DNA from: a bacterium
GTDB taxonomy: Bacteria; Zhuqueibacterota; Zhuqueibacteria; Oceanimicrobiales; Oceanimicrobiaceae
Length of the DNA stretch: 19,594 bases
Assembly: GCA_046757525.1 (NCBI GenBank)
Contig: JBHHYI010000076.1
Location: forward strand, 1 to 19,594
Direction: 5' to 3'
A model generated the notes under the pieces. It was not told the origin of the DNA. It did no database searches and was given only the letters and a program-made list of their open reading frames with translations. A program made the translations under genes and the position numbers. This document shows, one piece after another, positions 1 to 8,202 of this stretch (position 1 is its first letter; each line of letters begins with the position of its first letter).

Positions 1-84
1 CTCGGCGCCGGCGGCATGCCTTCCTTAGTGAAAAAGTACAATAGATTGGTCCTGCGAAGCGGGAGACGCAACGATGACAGGTAA
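1..84 (+). pseudogene. Ser/Thr kinase N-terminal stub running off the window edge; breaks right after the Gly-rich loop
   Basis: Frame 1 reads LGAGGM-PSLVKKYNRLVLRSGRRNDDR*. LGAGGM matches the LGSGGM loop of the neighbouring kinases, after which similarity stops. Only 6 matching codons are visible. Confidence 0.55.
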
Positions 85-775
85 ACAGATTTCACACTAC
101 CGCATTTTGGAGAAGTTGGGCTCAGGCGGGATGGGAGTAGTCTACAAAGCCCACGACACAAAACTCGACCGCTTCGTCGCCCTCAAGTTCCTGCCGCACC
201 ATTTGAGCCAGGATGAGGAAAACAAGAAGCGCTTCATCCACGAAGCCAAAGCGGCATCGGCGCTAAACCATCCCAACATTGCCACTATTTATGAAGTCGA
301 TGAAGCTGAAGGACAGATGTTCATCGCCATGGAATACATCGAGGGCGGTGATTTGAAATCGATAATCGACGATCGACCATTGACAATTGAGGATGCTCTT
401 GATTACGCCATCCAAATCGCTGAGGGCTTACAAGCATCGCACAAAAAAGAGATCATCCACCGCGACATCAAGCCCGCGAACATACTGGTGACCGAGGACG
501 GGGTGGTGAAAATCGTCGATTTCGGGCTGGCCAAGCTGGCGGGCAGGACCATGCTCACGAAAGAGGGCACAACACTCGGTACCGTGGCCTACATGTCACC
601 GGAGCAAACTCAAGGCGCTGAGATTTATGAAAAACCCGGGAACACGGACAGGGACATCGAATTCTCTGGCCGCTTTGTGGAGCTGTGGAAGGACTGTGAT
701 GCAGAGTTGCGTCCCATGGTTGAAGATGCCAGGCAGAAACGCAAGCATCTGTTGGAACAGAATGTTTTACATTAA
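74..775 (+). pseudogene. PknB-like Hanks Ser/Thr kinase with a large internal deletion (subdomains I-VIII fused to a TPR-like C-terminal tail)
   Basis: Contains LGSGGMGVVY, VALK, HRDIKPAN, DFG and GTVAYMSPEQ. Subdomains IX-XI (DIWxLG onward) are absent. After ~nt 620 it reads IYEKPG...RFVELWKDCDAELRPMVEDARQ, which resembles the last helix pair of kinase-TPR proteins. Confidence 0.8.
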
Positions 776-792
776 CTATATGCAGGTGTGAA

Positions 793-2886
793 ATGTCTCG
801 ATTCTCTCACTTCGGTGCGATCACCAGCTTCGGGCAACGATTCATCGTAGACCAACTACGACGACTGCGCATGACCGAGCACACCTTTATGGTGGTGGTG
901 GCTGTCGTGATTGGTTTATTGGGAGGATTTGGTGCAATCTTTTTTCGTTTTGCCATTCGATTCTTTCAAGGCGTCTTTTTCCACTCCTGGCATTATACGC
1001 TAGATTATGCGTTACATTTGCCATGGTATGTCAAGCTGTTTGCCCCGACCATGGGTGGATTGATTGTCGGCCCGATTGTATTTTATTTCGCACGGGAAGC
1101 AAAAGGGCATGGGGTTCCTGAAGTGATGGAGTCAATTGTGCTGCGCGGAGGCGCCATTCGTCCTCGCGTCATGATTGCCAAGATCACTGCTTCTGCCGTA
1201 TGCATTGGCTCAGGCGGCTCGGTTGGACGCGAAGGACCGATTGTGCAGATCGGTTCCGCTATCGGTTCTGCTTTAGGACAAGTTCTCAAAGTGACCGGCT
1301 CCCGCTTGCGCACTTTTGTGGCATGTGGAACCGCAGCCGGAATTGCGGCTACCTTCAACGCACCGATAGCTGGTGCTCTTTTTGCCATGGAAATCATCCT
1401 CAGCGATTTTGGCATCTCTCAATTCAGTCCAATCGTGGTTTCATCGGTGGCCGCCACGGTGGTTTCACGTCATTTCCTGGGTGATTTTTCTGCCTTTGCG
1501 ATCCCTCACTATGAACTGGTCAGCGTTTTAGAAATGATTCCCTATGTGCTCTTAGGGGTCTTAGCTGCGTTTGTCGCTTTGGCTTTTATCCATCTACTCT
1601 ATAAATTCGAAGACTTGTTTGAAAGCCTTCGCCTGCCGGAATTCTTAAAACCTGTACTTGGAGGCTTGAGTATTGGAGTGATCGCGATCAATTTCCCCTA
1701 CATATTTGGCGTCGGGTATGACACCATAAGTCTGGCCCTAAACGGTCAGTTGGTCTGGTATTTTTTATTGTTCTTGGTTACCTTGAAAGTAGTCGCGACC
1801 TCGATTACCATTGGTTCCGGTGGCTCAGGAGGGATTTTTGCGCCTTCTCTGTTTTTGGGCGCAAACCTCGGTGGTTTTGTGGGGACGATTGTTCACACCC
1901 TGATGCCAATGCACACCGCCACCTCCGGAGCTTACGCCCTGGTAGGAATGGGGGCGGTCGCCGCAGGTGCCATGCACGCCCCCATTACGTCGATTCTCAT
2001 TATTTTTGAATTGACGAATGATTATAGAATCATTCTTCCGCTCATGATCAGTTGCATCATCAGTGTCCTAATTACCACCCGATTGAAACGCGATTCTATT
2101 TATACGCTAAAATTGTCGCGACGTGGCATCAACATTTTTCAGGGACAAGAAATCAATGTCTTGAATTCGCTGCAAGTCGCAAAAGTCATGAAAACAGATT
2201 ATGAACAAGTTCGTGCTGACACTTCGCTTCGCAAATTAATGGATTTGACCGTCAGTAGCCCGCACCCAAATTTTTTCGTCGTTAATAATCAAAATCAGCT
2301 AATAGGCGTGATATCCATTCATGATGTTCGCAGAATACTATATGAATCTGATGTGCTGGAGTCTATTCTGGTCGCCTATGATCTTTTGAGGCCCATACAT
2401 CACTACTTTACACCTGATGATACGCTCGACATTGTCATGAAGGCTTTTGGCGAAATGAACATTGACGAACTACCGGTGATAAAAAGTGAAAACGAAAAAC
2501 AGTTGATTGGAACGGTTTCAAAAGATGATGTCATTGAGGTATATAACAGGGAAATACTCAAACGAGATATGGTTACCTCTGTTTCCGGATATATCGGCTC
2601 TCTCGGTAAGTTCAAACGGGTCGAATTGATGGACGGACAGATTCTGTGTGAGATTGAGGTACCGGGCGCATTTGTGAACAAGACACTTCGGGAGCTAAAC
2701 CTGCGCAGTCGTTTTGGTACTGAAGTAGTTCTGATCAAGCAGAATTACGATGCTGACAAGAAGGAAAAACAGCGTTTAATTACCCCTAAACCAGATTATC
2801 GTTTCAGATTCGGCGACTCGATCATGGTCATGGGCTCTCAGGCCAATCTGGATAACATTGTAACTTTACAACGGCACAAAGAATAG
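793..2886 (+). CDS. ClC-family chloride channel/transporter with a CBS domain pair and a C-terminal RCK_C (TrkA_C) domain
   Basis: ClC motifs GHGVPE, GGSVGREGP, AATFNAPIAG, GGSGGIFAP and SIYT, with many hydrophobic helices. CBS-like region (V-x-x-VM...LIGVIS, LPVI...LIGTVS) and RCK_C signature (EIEVP..FVNKTLRELNLR..FG...GDSIMVMG). Confidence 0.95.
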   Translation: MSRFSHFGAITSFGQRFIVDQLRRLRMTEHTFMVVVAVVIGLLGGFGAIFFRFAIRFFQGVFFHSWHYTLDYALHLPWYVKLFAPTMGGLIVGPIVFYFAREAKGHGVPEVMESIVLRGGAIRPRVMIAKITASAVCIGSGGSVGREGPIVQIGSAIGSALGQVLKVTGSRLRTFVACGTAAGIAATFNAPIAGALFAMEIILSDFGISQFSPIVVSSVAATVVSRHFLGDFSAFAIPHYELVSVLEMIPYVLLGVLAAFVALAFIHLLYKFEDLFESLRLPEFLKPVLGGLSIGVIAINFPYIFGVGYDTISLALNGQLVWYFLLFLVTLKVVATSITIGSGGSGGIFAPSLFLGANLGGFVGTIVHTLMPMHTATSGAYALVGMGAVAAGAMHAPITSILIIFELTNDYRIILPLMISCIISVLITTRLKRDSIYTLKLSRRGINIFQGQEINVLNSLQVAKVMKTDYEQVRADTSLRKLMDLTVSSPHPNFFVVNNQNQLIGVISIHDVRRILYESDVLESILVAYDLLRPIHHYFTPDDTLDIVMKAFGEMNIDELPVIKSENEKQLIGTVSKDDVIEVYNREILKRDMVTSVSGYIGSLGKFKRVELMDGQILCEIEVPGAFVNKTLRELNLRSRFGTEVVLIKQNYDADKKEKQRLITPKPDYRFRFGDSIMVMGSQANLDNIVTLQRHKE

Positions 2887-2915
2887 ATTCATGCAGTTTT
2901 GAAAAGATCCTATGA

Positions 2916-3059
2916 ACCACCATACTCACCCAAGAAGGCACGACCCTGGGCACCGTGGCCAACATGTCGCCAGAGCAAGCACCAGGTACAAATGTGGACC
3001 ACCGCAGCGACATCTGGGCATTGGGCCTCGTCATGTACGAGATGGTCACCGGAAAGCAA
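2916..3059 (+). pseudogene. Ser/Thr kinase internal fragment (activation segment, subdomains VIII-IX)
   Basis: Reads [48 protein letters not shown] immediately after an in-frame TGA (2913-2915). It aligns with the same segment of the two larger kinase copies. Confidence 0.9.
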
Positions 3060-3511
3060 CGATTTCGAAGCTTGCTTCCGAGATTGGCATATCGCGCGAG
3101 ACCGTTTATTTATATCTTTCTTTTTTGCAGGGGACCTACTTCATCTTCCTAGTCCCGCCTGTTAGTAGAAATGTGGACAGAGAGGTAAGTGGAACAAAAA
3201 AGGTCTATTTAAGTGACACCGGCCTCATAAACCTATTTGGCAAAGTCTCAGATGGCCGTCTGCTCGAAAATGCCCTGTTCCAGAATCTCCGTCATTACGG
3301 CAGAGTGCATTATTATCAAAAACGCAGCGGAGCTGAGGTAAACTTTATTCTACCGGACGAAATGATGGCTTTTGAGGTCAAGAAGCGGGCACGCGAACAA
3401 GACTATCGAAAACTAAAAAGAACATCCCAATCTCTGAATATGAAAGAATGGTATGTCATTTCTCAGGACTTTTCAGCCGACCGGGGAATTGTGTTGGCTC
3501 AGGATTTATGA
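3056..3511 (+). pseudogene. 5'-truncated DUF4143-type C-terminal half of an AAA+ ATPase (AAA_14/DUF4143 family)
   Basis: [21 protein letters not shown] (HTH-like), KKVYLSDTGL, GRLLEN, YY..SGAEVNFI and FEVK match the DUF4143 layout. There is no Walker A ATPase region. The first ~48 codons of ORF 2912 are the off-frame reading of the kinase fragment. Confidence 0.82.
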
Positions 3512-3560
3512 TTGCTACAAATGACAAAAAAGCTTTACTAAACTTTACTGAAGTTTAGCT

Positions 3561-3635
3561 ATGACCGGCAAAATCGTATCCCACTACGAAATTCTCGAGA
3601 GATCCTCGACCTTCGTCGGGGCAGGTCGACTTTAA
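3561..3635 (+). pseudogene. Ser/Thr kinase start stub (13 codons) followed by a short palindrome
   Basis: ATG at 3561 reads MTGKIVSHYEILE-RSSTFVGAGRL*, compared with MTGKQISHYRILEK at 74. Inverted repeat TCGACCT (3606-3612) / AGGTCGA (3623-3629) begins just after similarity ends. Confidence 0.75.
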
Positions 3636-3650
3636 TATCGGAAGATTCTC

Positions 3651-4561
3651 ATGATTGGCAGCAAATATCACACTATCGAATTTTAGAAAAGCTCGGCTCT
3701 GGCGGCATGGGCACAGTCTACAAAGCCCGGGACACCAAGCTGGACCGCTTTGTCGCCCTCAAGTTTCTGCCGCCACACCTGAGTCAGGATGAGGAGAACA
3801 AGAAGCGCTTCATCCACGAAGCCAAGGCGGCCTCGGCCTTGAACCATCCCAACATTGCCACGATTTATGAAATCGATGAAGCCGAAGGGCAGACCCGTGA
3901 GGTTTTGCATATCGCCATCCAAATCGCCGAGGGGCTGCAGACGGCACACGCCAAAGGCATCATTCATCGCGACGTCAAGCCGGCTAACATTCTTGTCACC
4001 GGAGACGGTGTGGTGAAAATCGTCGATTTTGGGCTGGCCAAATTAGCTGGCCGAACCATGCTCACAAAAGAAGGGACCACTCTCGGCACCGTGGCGTACG
4101 TGTCGCCGGAGCAAACTCAGGGAACGGCAGTCGACCACCGTACCGACATCTGGACGCTGGGGGTCATTTTATATGAAGTGCTCAGCGGCCGGCACCCATT
4201 CAAAGGCGAATACGAGCAGGCGGTGATGTATTCAATTCTGAATGAAAAGCCACAGCCATTGACCAATTTGCGCAGCGGTATTCCTTTGAACATGGTGAAA
4301 ATCGTGAACAGATGTCTGGAGAAGCAATCAGCCAGGCGCTATCAAAGTGTTTCTGAACTGCTTGACGACTTGACAAGCGCGACCAGGGATATGGGCTGGT
4401 TCCCATCAACCAAATCCACGAGATTGGCTCCGGCAAAAGCTTCTGTTTTGTGGTGAAATCGAATGCTTTTGGCCGTACTGACCGCAATGATCATTGTACT
4501 GATCCTGGGAGCGCTTCAGGAATATTCAGAAGAGAATACCTTAGCCGTAAACGAATTTTAG
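3651..4561 (+). pseudogene. PknB-like membrane Ser/Thr kinase pseudogene (frameshift, hinge deletion, nonsense codon before the TM helix)
   Basis: ATG 3651 (MIG) is one base out of frame with QISHYRILEKLGSGGMG starting at 3662. Relative to the kinase at 74, 23 codons including the gatekeeper/hinge MEY are missing near 3893. TGA at 4454-4456 is followed in frame by a hydrophobic helix (NRMLLAVLTAMIIVLILGAL) up to TAG 4559-4561. Confidence 0.88.
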
Positions 4562-4618
4562 CAGAATCAAAATTGAGGCCACAACGTGACCTCGCGCGTT
4601 TGGTCTTTGGCGGCACCA

Positions 4619-6421
4619 TTAAACGCGACCGGGAGTCATGCCTCCTGAATCTTTAACGGTGGGTAAGGTAAAGCTAAAGGTCGAGCCTTGCCCCACTTCG
4701 CTCTTTACCCACACCCGGCCGCTGTGTTTCAGCACGATGTGTTTCACGATGGCAAGCCCCAGCCCGGTGCCGCCTAAGGCGCGCGACCGGCCCTTGTCCA
4801 CCCGGTAAAAGCGCTCAAATATGCGCGGCTGGTCCTCAACCGGAATGCCCACACCCCGGTCGGAAACGGACACCGCTACTTCCGCATCCAACGCGTTAGC
4901 GGTCACGGCCAGCCACTTGCCCTGGCCGCCGTACTTGAGTGCATTGTTCAGGAGATTCTCCAAAACGGTTTCGATTTCCGAGGCAACGCCTTGCACCCTG
5001 GGCAACGCTTCCGGTAGCTCTAATTGAGTCTCCATTTGCTGCTTGTTCAAGGACGCAGCGAAGCGTTCCAGCACCTGAGGAATCAAGGTCCTTAAATCGA
5101 GAGATTCCAGGGCCTGGTCGGATTCCTCGGACTCCACTTGTGCCAGAATCAATAAATCTTCCACCAGCTTGGACATTCTTTCCGTTTGGCGCAGAATGGT
5201 TTGCAGAAATTCCCTGGCGCGTTTTTCGTTCACCGAACCGTTCTGAAAAAGGGTTTCCGCGTACCCTTTGATGGCCGTCAAGGGTGTCCGCAGTTCGTGG
5301 GAAACGTTGGCGACAAAGTCGCGGCGCACCCTTTCCAGGCGTTTGAGCCGGGTGATGTCGTGCAGCACGACCACCGCACCCACAGGCCGCCTTTTTGGGC
5401 CCAGCACCGAAATGTGGGCTTCCAGGCTCCTTCGCTGCGGCGCAGACAATTCGATGGTCTCCACCCGATCTTCCTGGGTGGTCAACACCTGCTCCAAAGC
5501 CTCGAGCAAACGGGCGTTCCGCACCAGTTCACCAACCGAAACTCCTTCAGCCTTCGCAAGAGGCAACATGGACTTGCAGGCACGGTTCAACAATATGACC
5601 TTGCCGTCGGGATCGGTGACCAACACGCCTTCGACCATGCTATTCAAAATGGTCTGCAACTGATCCCTGTCCTGGGTTATCTCTTTCAAAGATTTGTCTA
5701 AGTCTGCGGCCATCTGATTTAACACCATGCTCAGGTCGGTCAATTCGTCGTCTGAGCTGGCTTTAATCGGCTGGCTAAAATCGCCGCTGGCGAATCTCCT
5801 TGCGGCCTTCGCCATGGCGTGAATGCGGCCAGTGGCAGACTGCGACACAACAAACCCAATGGCCACGACCAGCACAAGACCCAGGCCGCTGGCGAGCCAG
5901 ATGAGGTGGTGAATTTGTGCAAGCGATTCTTTAATCTCTGAAACTGGCACGGCCACCCGTACAAATCCTCGCGCCTCCTGGTTGGAACCCAGCGGCTCCG
6001 CTAAGTAAATGAGGTCCAAATCGATGGTTGCGCTATGGCGGGTGCTCCGACCAAAACCCTGCCGCCGGGCCGCCACGATTTCCGGGCGGTCGCCATGGTT
6101 TTCCACTTCCTTCAGAGCCTCGAATGCCACTTTCGAATCGCCTAAGACTCGGCCGCCGGAATCGATCAGCGTCACGCGCATGCTCAGAATCTCACCAATT
6201 TGGTCAGCCAGATGGTCGGCCTCTTTCAGAGACAGGCTTTCCAGGCGGTAGGACTCAACGTACTGTTTTGCCAGCACCAGTTCACGACGCCAGCGATTCT
6301 CGAAACGCGCGGCAAAATAGGACTCTAAACGCGCGCTCAGGTACAGGATCATGAACAGCATCACCAGGCTGCCGATGAGCAAATGGGAAAGCATCCATTT
6401 CCAGCGGATGCCCAGCCTCAT
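4619..6421 (-). CDS. phoR: Phosphate-regulon sensor histidine kinase (TM-HAMP-PAS-HisKA-HATPase)
   Basis: DFVANVSHELRTPLTAIKGYAETL H-box, NLLNNALKY, D.G.GIP, IFERFYRVDKGRSR..GGTGLGLAIVKH, and the ENHGDRPEI periplasmic motif of PhoR-like kinases. Start ATG 6421 overlaps the phoB stop (ATGA) and has an upstream GAGGTGGAG. Confidence 0.88.
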   Translation of the reverse strand: MRLGIRWKWMLSHLLIGSLVMLFMILYLSARLESYFAARFENRWRRELVLAKQYVESYRLESLSLKEADHLADQIGEILSMRVTLIDSGGRVLGDSKVAFEALKEVENHGDRPEIVAARRQGFGRSTRHSATIDLDLIYLAEPLGSNQEARGFVRVAVPVSEIKESLAQIHHLIWLASGLGLVLVVAIGFVVSQSATGRIHAMAKAARRFASGDFSQPIKASSDDELTDLSMVLNQMAADLDKSLKEITQDRDQLQTILNSMVEGVLVTDPDGKVILLNRACKSMLPLAKAEGVSVGELVRNARLLEALEQVLTTQEDRVETIELSAPQRRSLEAHISVLGPKRRPVGAVVVLHDITRLKRLERVRRDFVANVSHELRTPLTAIKGYAETLFQNGSVNEKRAREFLQTILRQTERMSKLVEDLLILAQVESEESDQALESLDLRTLIPQVLERFAASLNKQQMETQLELPEALPRVQGVASEIETVLENLLNNALKYGGQGKWLAVTANALDAEVAVSVSDRGVGIPVEDQPRIFERFYRVDKGRSRALGGTGLGLAIVKHIVLKHSGRVWVKSEVGQGSTFSFTLPTVKDSGGMTPGRV

Positions 6422-7110
6422 GGCTCCACCTCGCGAAAACGGTAGCCCACGCCGCGCACGGTTTCCACCTGCACCCCGCAAGCGCCCAGTTTGGCCCGCA
6501 AGCGCCGCACGTGGGTGTCCACCGTGCGCGTGAAGCCGACATAATCGTAGCCCCAGACCGTCTCCAACAGCATCTCGCGGGTCTGCACCCGGCCCTTGCG
6601 TTCCACCAGGGTCAAGAGCAGTTTGAATTCGGTGGCTGTCAACGCCACGGCCTGGCCATTCAGAAACACCTGGTGCCGCGGCTTGTCGATGGTCAAAGCA
6701 CCGATTTTGACAATCTCCTGGGCGCTTGCAACAGCGTGTAAACGCTTTAGAATAGCCTTGACCCGCAGCACCAACTCCCGCGGACTGAAGGGCTTGGTGA
6801 CGTAATCGTCGGCGCCTAACTCGAAACCGACGACCCGATCGATTTCCTCGCCTTTAGCCGTTAGCATGACGATGGGAATGTGGCACGTCTCTTGCCCCTG
6901 CTTCAGGATTTTGCAGACCTCGGTGCCTGAGATGCCAGGCAGCATCAGGTCCAGAATGATCAAGTCAGGCAACGTTTTTTGTGCCACCTCCAGAGCTTCG
7001 TCGCCGGAGCCCACTTTGAGGGTGTGGAAGTCCGCTTGCTCCAAATGATAACTGACCAGGTCGAGAATGTCCTGTTCATCCTCGACGACGAGTATTTTTT
7101 CTCTCGACAT
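6418..7110 (-). CDS. phoB: OmpR-family response regulator, PhoB/PhoP-like
   Basis: ILVVEDE, PDLIILDLMLP, MLTAKGEEIDRVVGFELGADDYVTKPFSPREL and wHTH TRTVDTHVRRLRAKL...TVRGVGYRF. Likely start is ATG 7110 with a GAGAGG RBS; the longer ORF to 7332 is not protein-like. Confidence 0.9.
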   Translation of the reverse strand: MSREKILVVEDEQDILDLVSYHLEQADFHTLKVGSGDEALEVAQKTLPDLIILDLMLPGISGTEVCKILKQGQETCHIPIVMLTAKGEEIDRVVGFELGADDYVTKPFSPRELVLRVKAILKRLHAVASAQEIVKIGALTIDKPRHQVFLNGQAVALTATEFKLLLTLVERKGRVQTREMLLETVWGYDYVGFTRTVDTHVRRLRAKLGACGVQVETVRGVGYRFREVEP

Positions 7111-7143
7111 GACAAGCCTCTCATGGTGCAAAACTTTTTCTTC

Positions 7144-7172
7144 AGTATAATAATTTTGAATTTCGATTGCAA
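7144..7172 (-). promoter_or_regulatory. Sigma70-type promoter for phoBR
   Basis: Minus strand reads TTGCAA (7172-7167), 17-nt spacer, TATACT (7149-7144), ending 33 nt upstream of the phoB ATG. Confidence 0.65.
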
Positions 7173-7197
7173 TTGGAAAGATTGTTTCGTGGCTTTC

Positions 7198-7356
7198 AAG
7201 AAAAACGGCAACCTGCGCTTTTCGCAGGATGACAACCAGCAGGTAAGTGGCAAGGTGACGTTTACCACTTACGACGGTCTCAGCCGAGCACTCATTACGG
7301 GTGAAGCAGAGGCTGATTTCACCACTGTTCAAATATCAGACTCTGGCTCAAATTAG
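7198..7356 (+). pseudogene. RHS/YD-repeat protein fragment
   Basis: Reads KKNGNLRFSQDDNQQVSGKVTFTTYDGLSRALITGEA, matching the (YD)xxGNLRFSQD.NQ...YD.L.R..G pattern I recall from FCB-group RHS proteins. It has no plausible start of its own. Confidence 0.65.
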
Positions 7357-7421
7357 TTGTTACAATTCGCCAGAGATGCCATTAGATTTAACAAATACTG
7401 AATCTCGCGAGGTGAAGCATA

Positions 7422-7659
7422 ATGCGTTTTCTGAAAGGCATCTATCGTAAAGGTTCTGTGGAATTAATAGAGCCGTCTGAGACGGAAGAAATGACTGAGA
7501 TTTTCATTTTATTCCCTCCAGGGGAGTAAGAAAATAAAGAAACTGTGTGGTCTTTATAAAAGCTCGCACATCGATTATTCACATTTGGAGAACGATCTCA
7601 AAGCCCTATCTCGCGAGTCCGAAATCCATTTGCTTGAAGAATTCCCGAATGAGGAATAA
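7422..7659 (+). pseudogene. Putative antitoxin (DUF104/AF2212-like N-terminus), frameshifted
   Basis: GAGGTG RBS, then MRFLKGIYRKGSVELIEP..EEMTEIFILFP to TAA 7529. Removing one G from GGGG (7521-7524) continues as SKKIKKLCGLYKSSHIDYSHLENDLKALSRESEIHLLEEFPNEE* (TAA 7657-7659), overlapping the PIN start. Confidence 0.6.
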
Positions 7660-7837
7660 GTATCTGACGGATACACAGGCGCTGGTCAGATATTTGTGCG
7701 GAGATAAAGTCTTCAACGAGACTGTCCATTCTATTTTCGAAAAAACCGACAAAGGGGAAAATATCGTCATTATTCTGTCAGCGGTATTGTTTGAAATCGG
7801 ATATTGGTACGAGAAGGGGCGTATCCCTTCAATATGA
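7649..7837 (+). pseudogene. VapC-like PIN-domain toxin, C-terminally truncated (62 aa)
   Basis: MRNKYLTDTQALVRYL (PIN first strand with D-T) ... IVIILSAVLFEI...EKGRI. The later acidic residues of a ~130-aa PIN domain are absent, and the stop coincides with the junction to the RHS fragment. Confidence 0.72.
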
Positions 7838-7980
7838 TTCCAGGAACCTCCCCATTCTTGTAGAAAAAGGCGACAGCAGTGAAATCGTCTATCTTTACAG
7901 CGCTAATGGCCAACGCATCTACAAAAAGTTGACAGCAATTTGGGCGAGCATTATATTATGGACGGTTGTTTGAATGCTGG
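7830..7980 (+). pseudogene. Second RHS/YD-repeat fragment, frameshifted
   Basis: QYDSRNLPILVEKGDSSEIVYLYSANGQRIYK, then after a shift in the A-run near 7923-7927, KVDSNLGEHYIMDG. This follows the YD..NLP...Y.Y.A.GQR..K...YI.DG pattern of the RHS region just before the conserved core. Confidence 0.65.
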
Positions 7981-7989
7981 CTGGCTTGG

Positions 7990-8202
7990 CTATGCAGGCT
8001 TTTTTTTAGCCCGTTGAAATGCCACTTGATTCGTGCTGACGCTGATAGTCCGGTCCTTGTCGCAGCCGAACAAAAGCCAATGGCTTGGCCGATAGGCCCG
8101 CCAGTAAACGCGCAACTCCATCAGCACTGTCTCTGACAAAAGCGTGCAGCGATCCTTCTTGCTCGTGCCCTGATCCACCCGAAGCCGCCCCGAGCCACTT
8201 TC
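7990..8202 (-). pseudogene. Tyrosine recombinase/integrase internal fragment
   Basis: LRVDQGTSKKDRCTLLSETVLMELRVYWRAYRPSHWLLFG...ISVSTNQVAFQRAKKK matches the RV.QGKG.KDR...LS..LL..LR.YWR.YRP..WLF segment of phage-integrase-family recombinases. The catalytic HxLRH and Tyr regions are absent. Confidence 0.75.

Noticed and set aside
2912..3511. A single 199-aa protein
   Set aside because: It is a chimera: the N-terminal part is the off-frame reading of a kinase fragment and the rest is a truncated DUF4143 domain.
74..4130. Kinase repeats as a diversity-generating retroelement template/variable pair
   Set aside because: Differences between copies are mostly synonymous and involve all four bases rather than being adenine-specific. 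No reverse transcriptase is present in the window.
7212..7272. Hairpins CCTGCG/CGCAGG and GTAAGTGG/CCACTTAC as a regulatory RNA
   Set aside because: They lie upstream of the predicted phoB promoter and inside the RHS-like coding remnant, so they may be chance.
7350..7400. Pho boxes upstream of phoB
   Set aside because: GTTACA and TTAACA hexamers are present but not at the 11-bp periodicity expected of Pho boxes.
7990..8202. Integron with attC cassettes
   Set aside because: Only a short recombinase fragment is present, and I could not identify attC-like sites around the neighbouring genes.
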